Source: an uncultured Oceanospirillaceae bacterium
GTDB taxonomy: Bacteria; Pseudomonadota; Gammaproteobacteria; Pseudomonadales; Balneatricaceae
DNA length: 64,000 nucleotides
Direction of reading: 5' to 3'
Assembly: GCA_965366045.1 (NCBI GenBank)
Contig: CBDUDU010000001.1
Location: forward strand, 20,044-84,043
The notes under the pieces: generated by a model
Told to the model about the DNA's origin: nothing
Databases searched by the model: none
What the model saw: the letters and a program-made list of their open reading frames with translations, nothing else
Translations under genes and position numbers: made by a program
Shown: piece by piece, positions 63,977 through 64,000 of the stretch
Layout of the letters: every line of letters begins with the position of its first letter
How positions within the stretch are numbered: the stretch's first letter is position 1

Positions 63977-64000
63977 ATGGCACTAAATGCCGTCGCAGAA
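63977..64000 (+). CDS. start of the next operon gene (3'-partial, unidentified)
   Basis: GGAG RBS plus ATG; only 8 codons are visible. Confidence 0.45.

Overview
Chromosomal window from a roughly 46% GC, probably marine Gammaproteobacterium with Pseudomonadales/Oceanospirillales-like gene order. All family calls come from recognising protein motifs by eye; no searches were run. Positions 1-41.2 kb are mostly conserved core: the aa3-type cytochrome c oxidase operon with assembly genes, rlmKL, a sigma54-driven amt, gltA-sdhCDAB-sucAB-lpdA-sucCD, metG, trmA, apbC, dcd, tolC, purNM, hda, vacJ, rssBC, tal and dusA. From 41.2 to 64 kb is a patchwork accessory region. It holds azlCD, an uncharacterised desaturase / XRE regulator / PhnD-like module, a DMSP-lyase-family cupin, a DEAD-box helicase, a complete PuuD-type urate/allantoin degradation cluster with a GntR operator, and a divergent lone thiM. 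It also holds qmcA-nfeD, a collapsed DUF2282-DUF692-DoxX (buf/MNIO) RiPP operon, glyA, and an Alphaproteobacteria-like folD plus corrinoid/DUF1638 module (split methionine synthase type) that runs off the window end. Several pseudogene scars are visible. I found no tRNA, rRNA, CRISPR array, transposase or integrase. The best candidates for undescribed biology are the desaturase-XRE-PhnD-like module (43.8-46.5 kb), the corrinoid C1 module, and the cupin.
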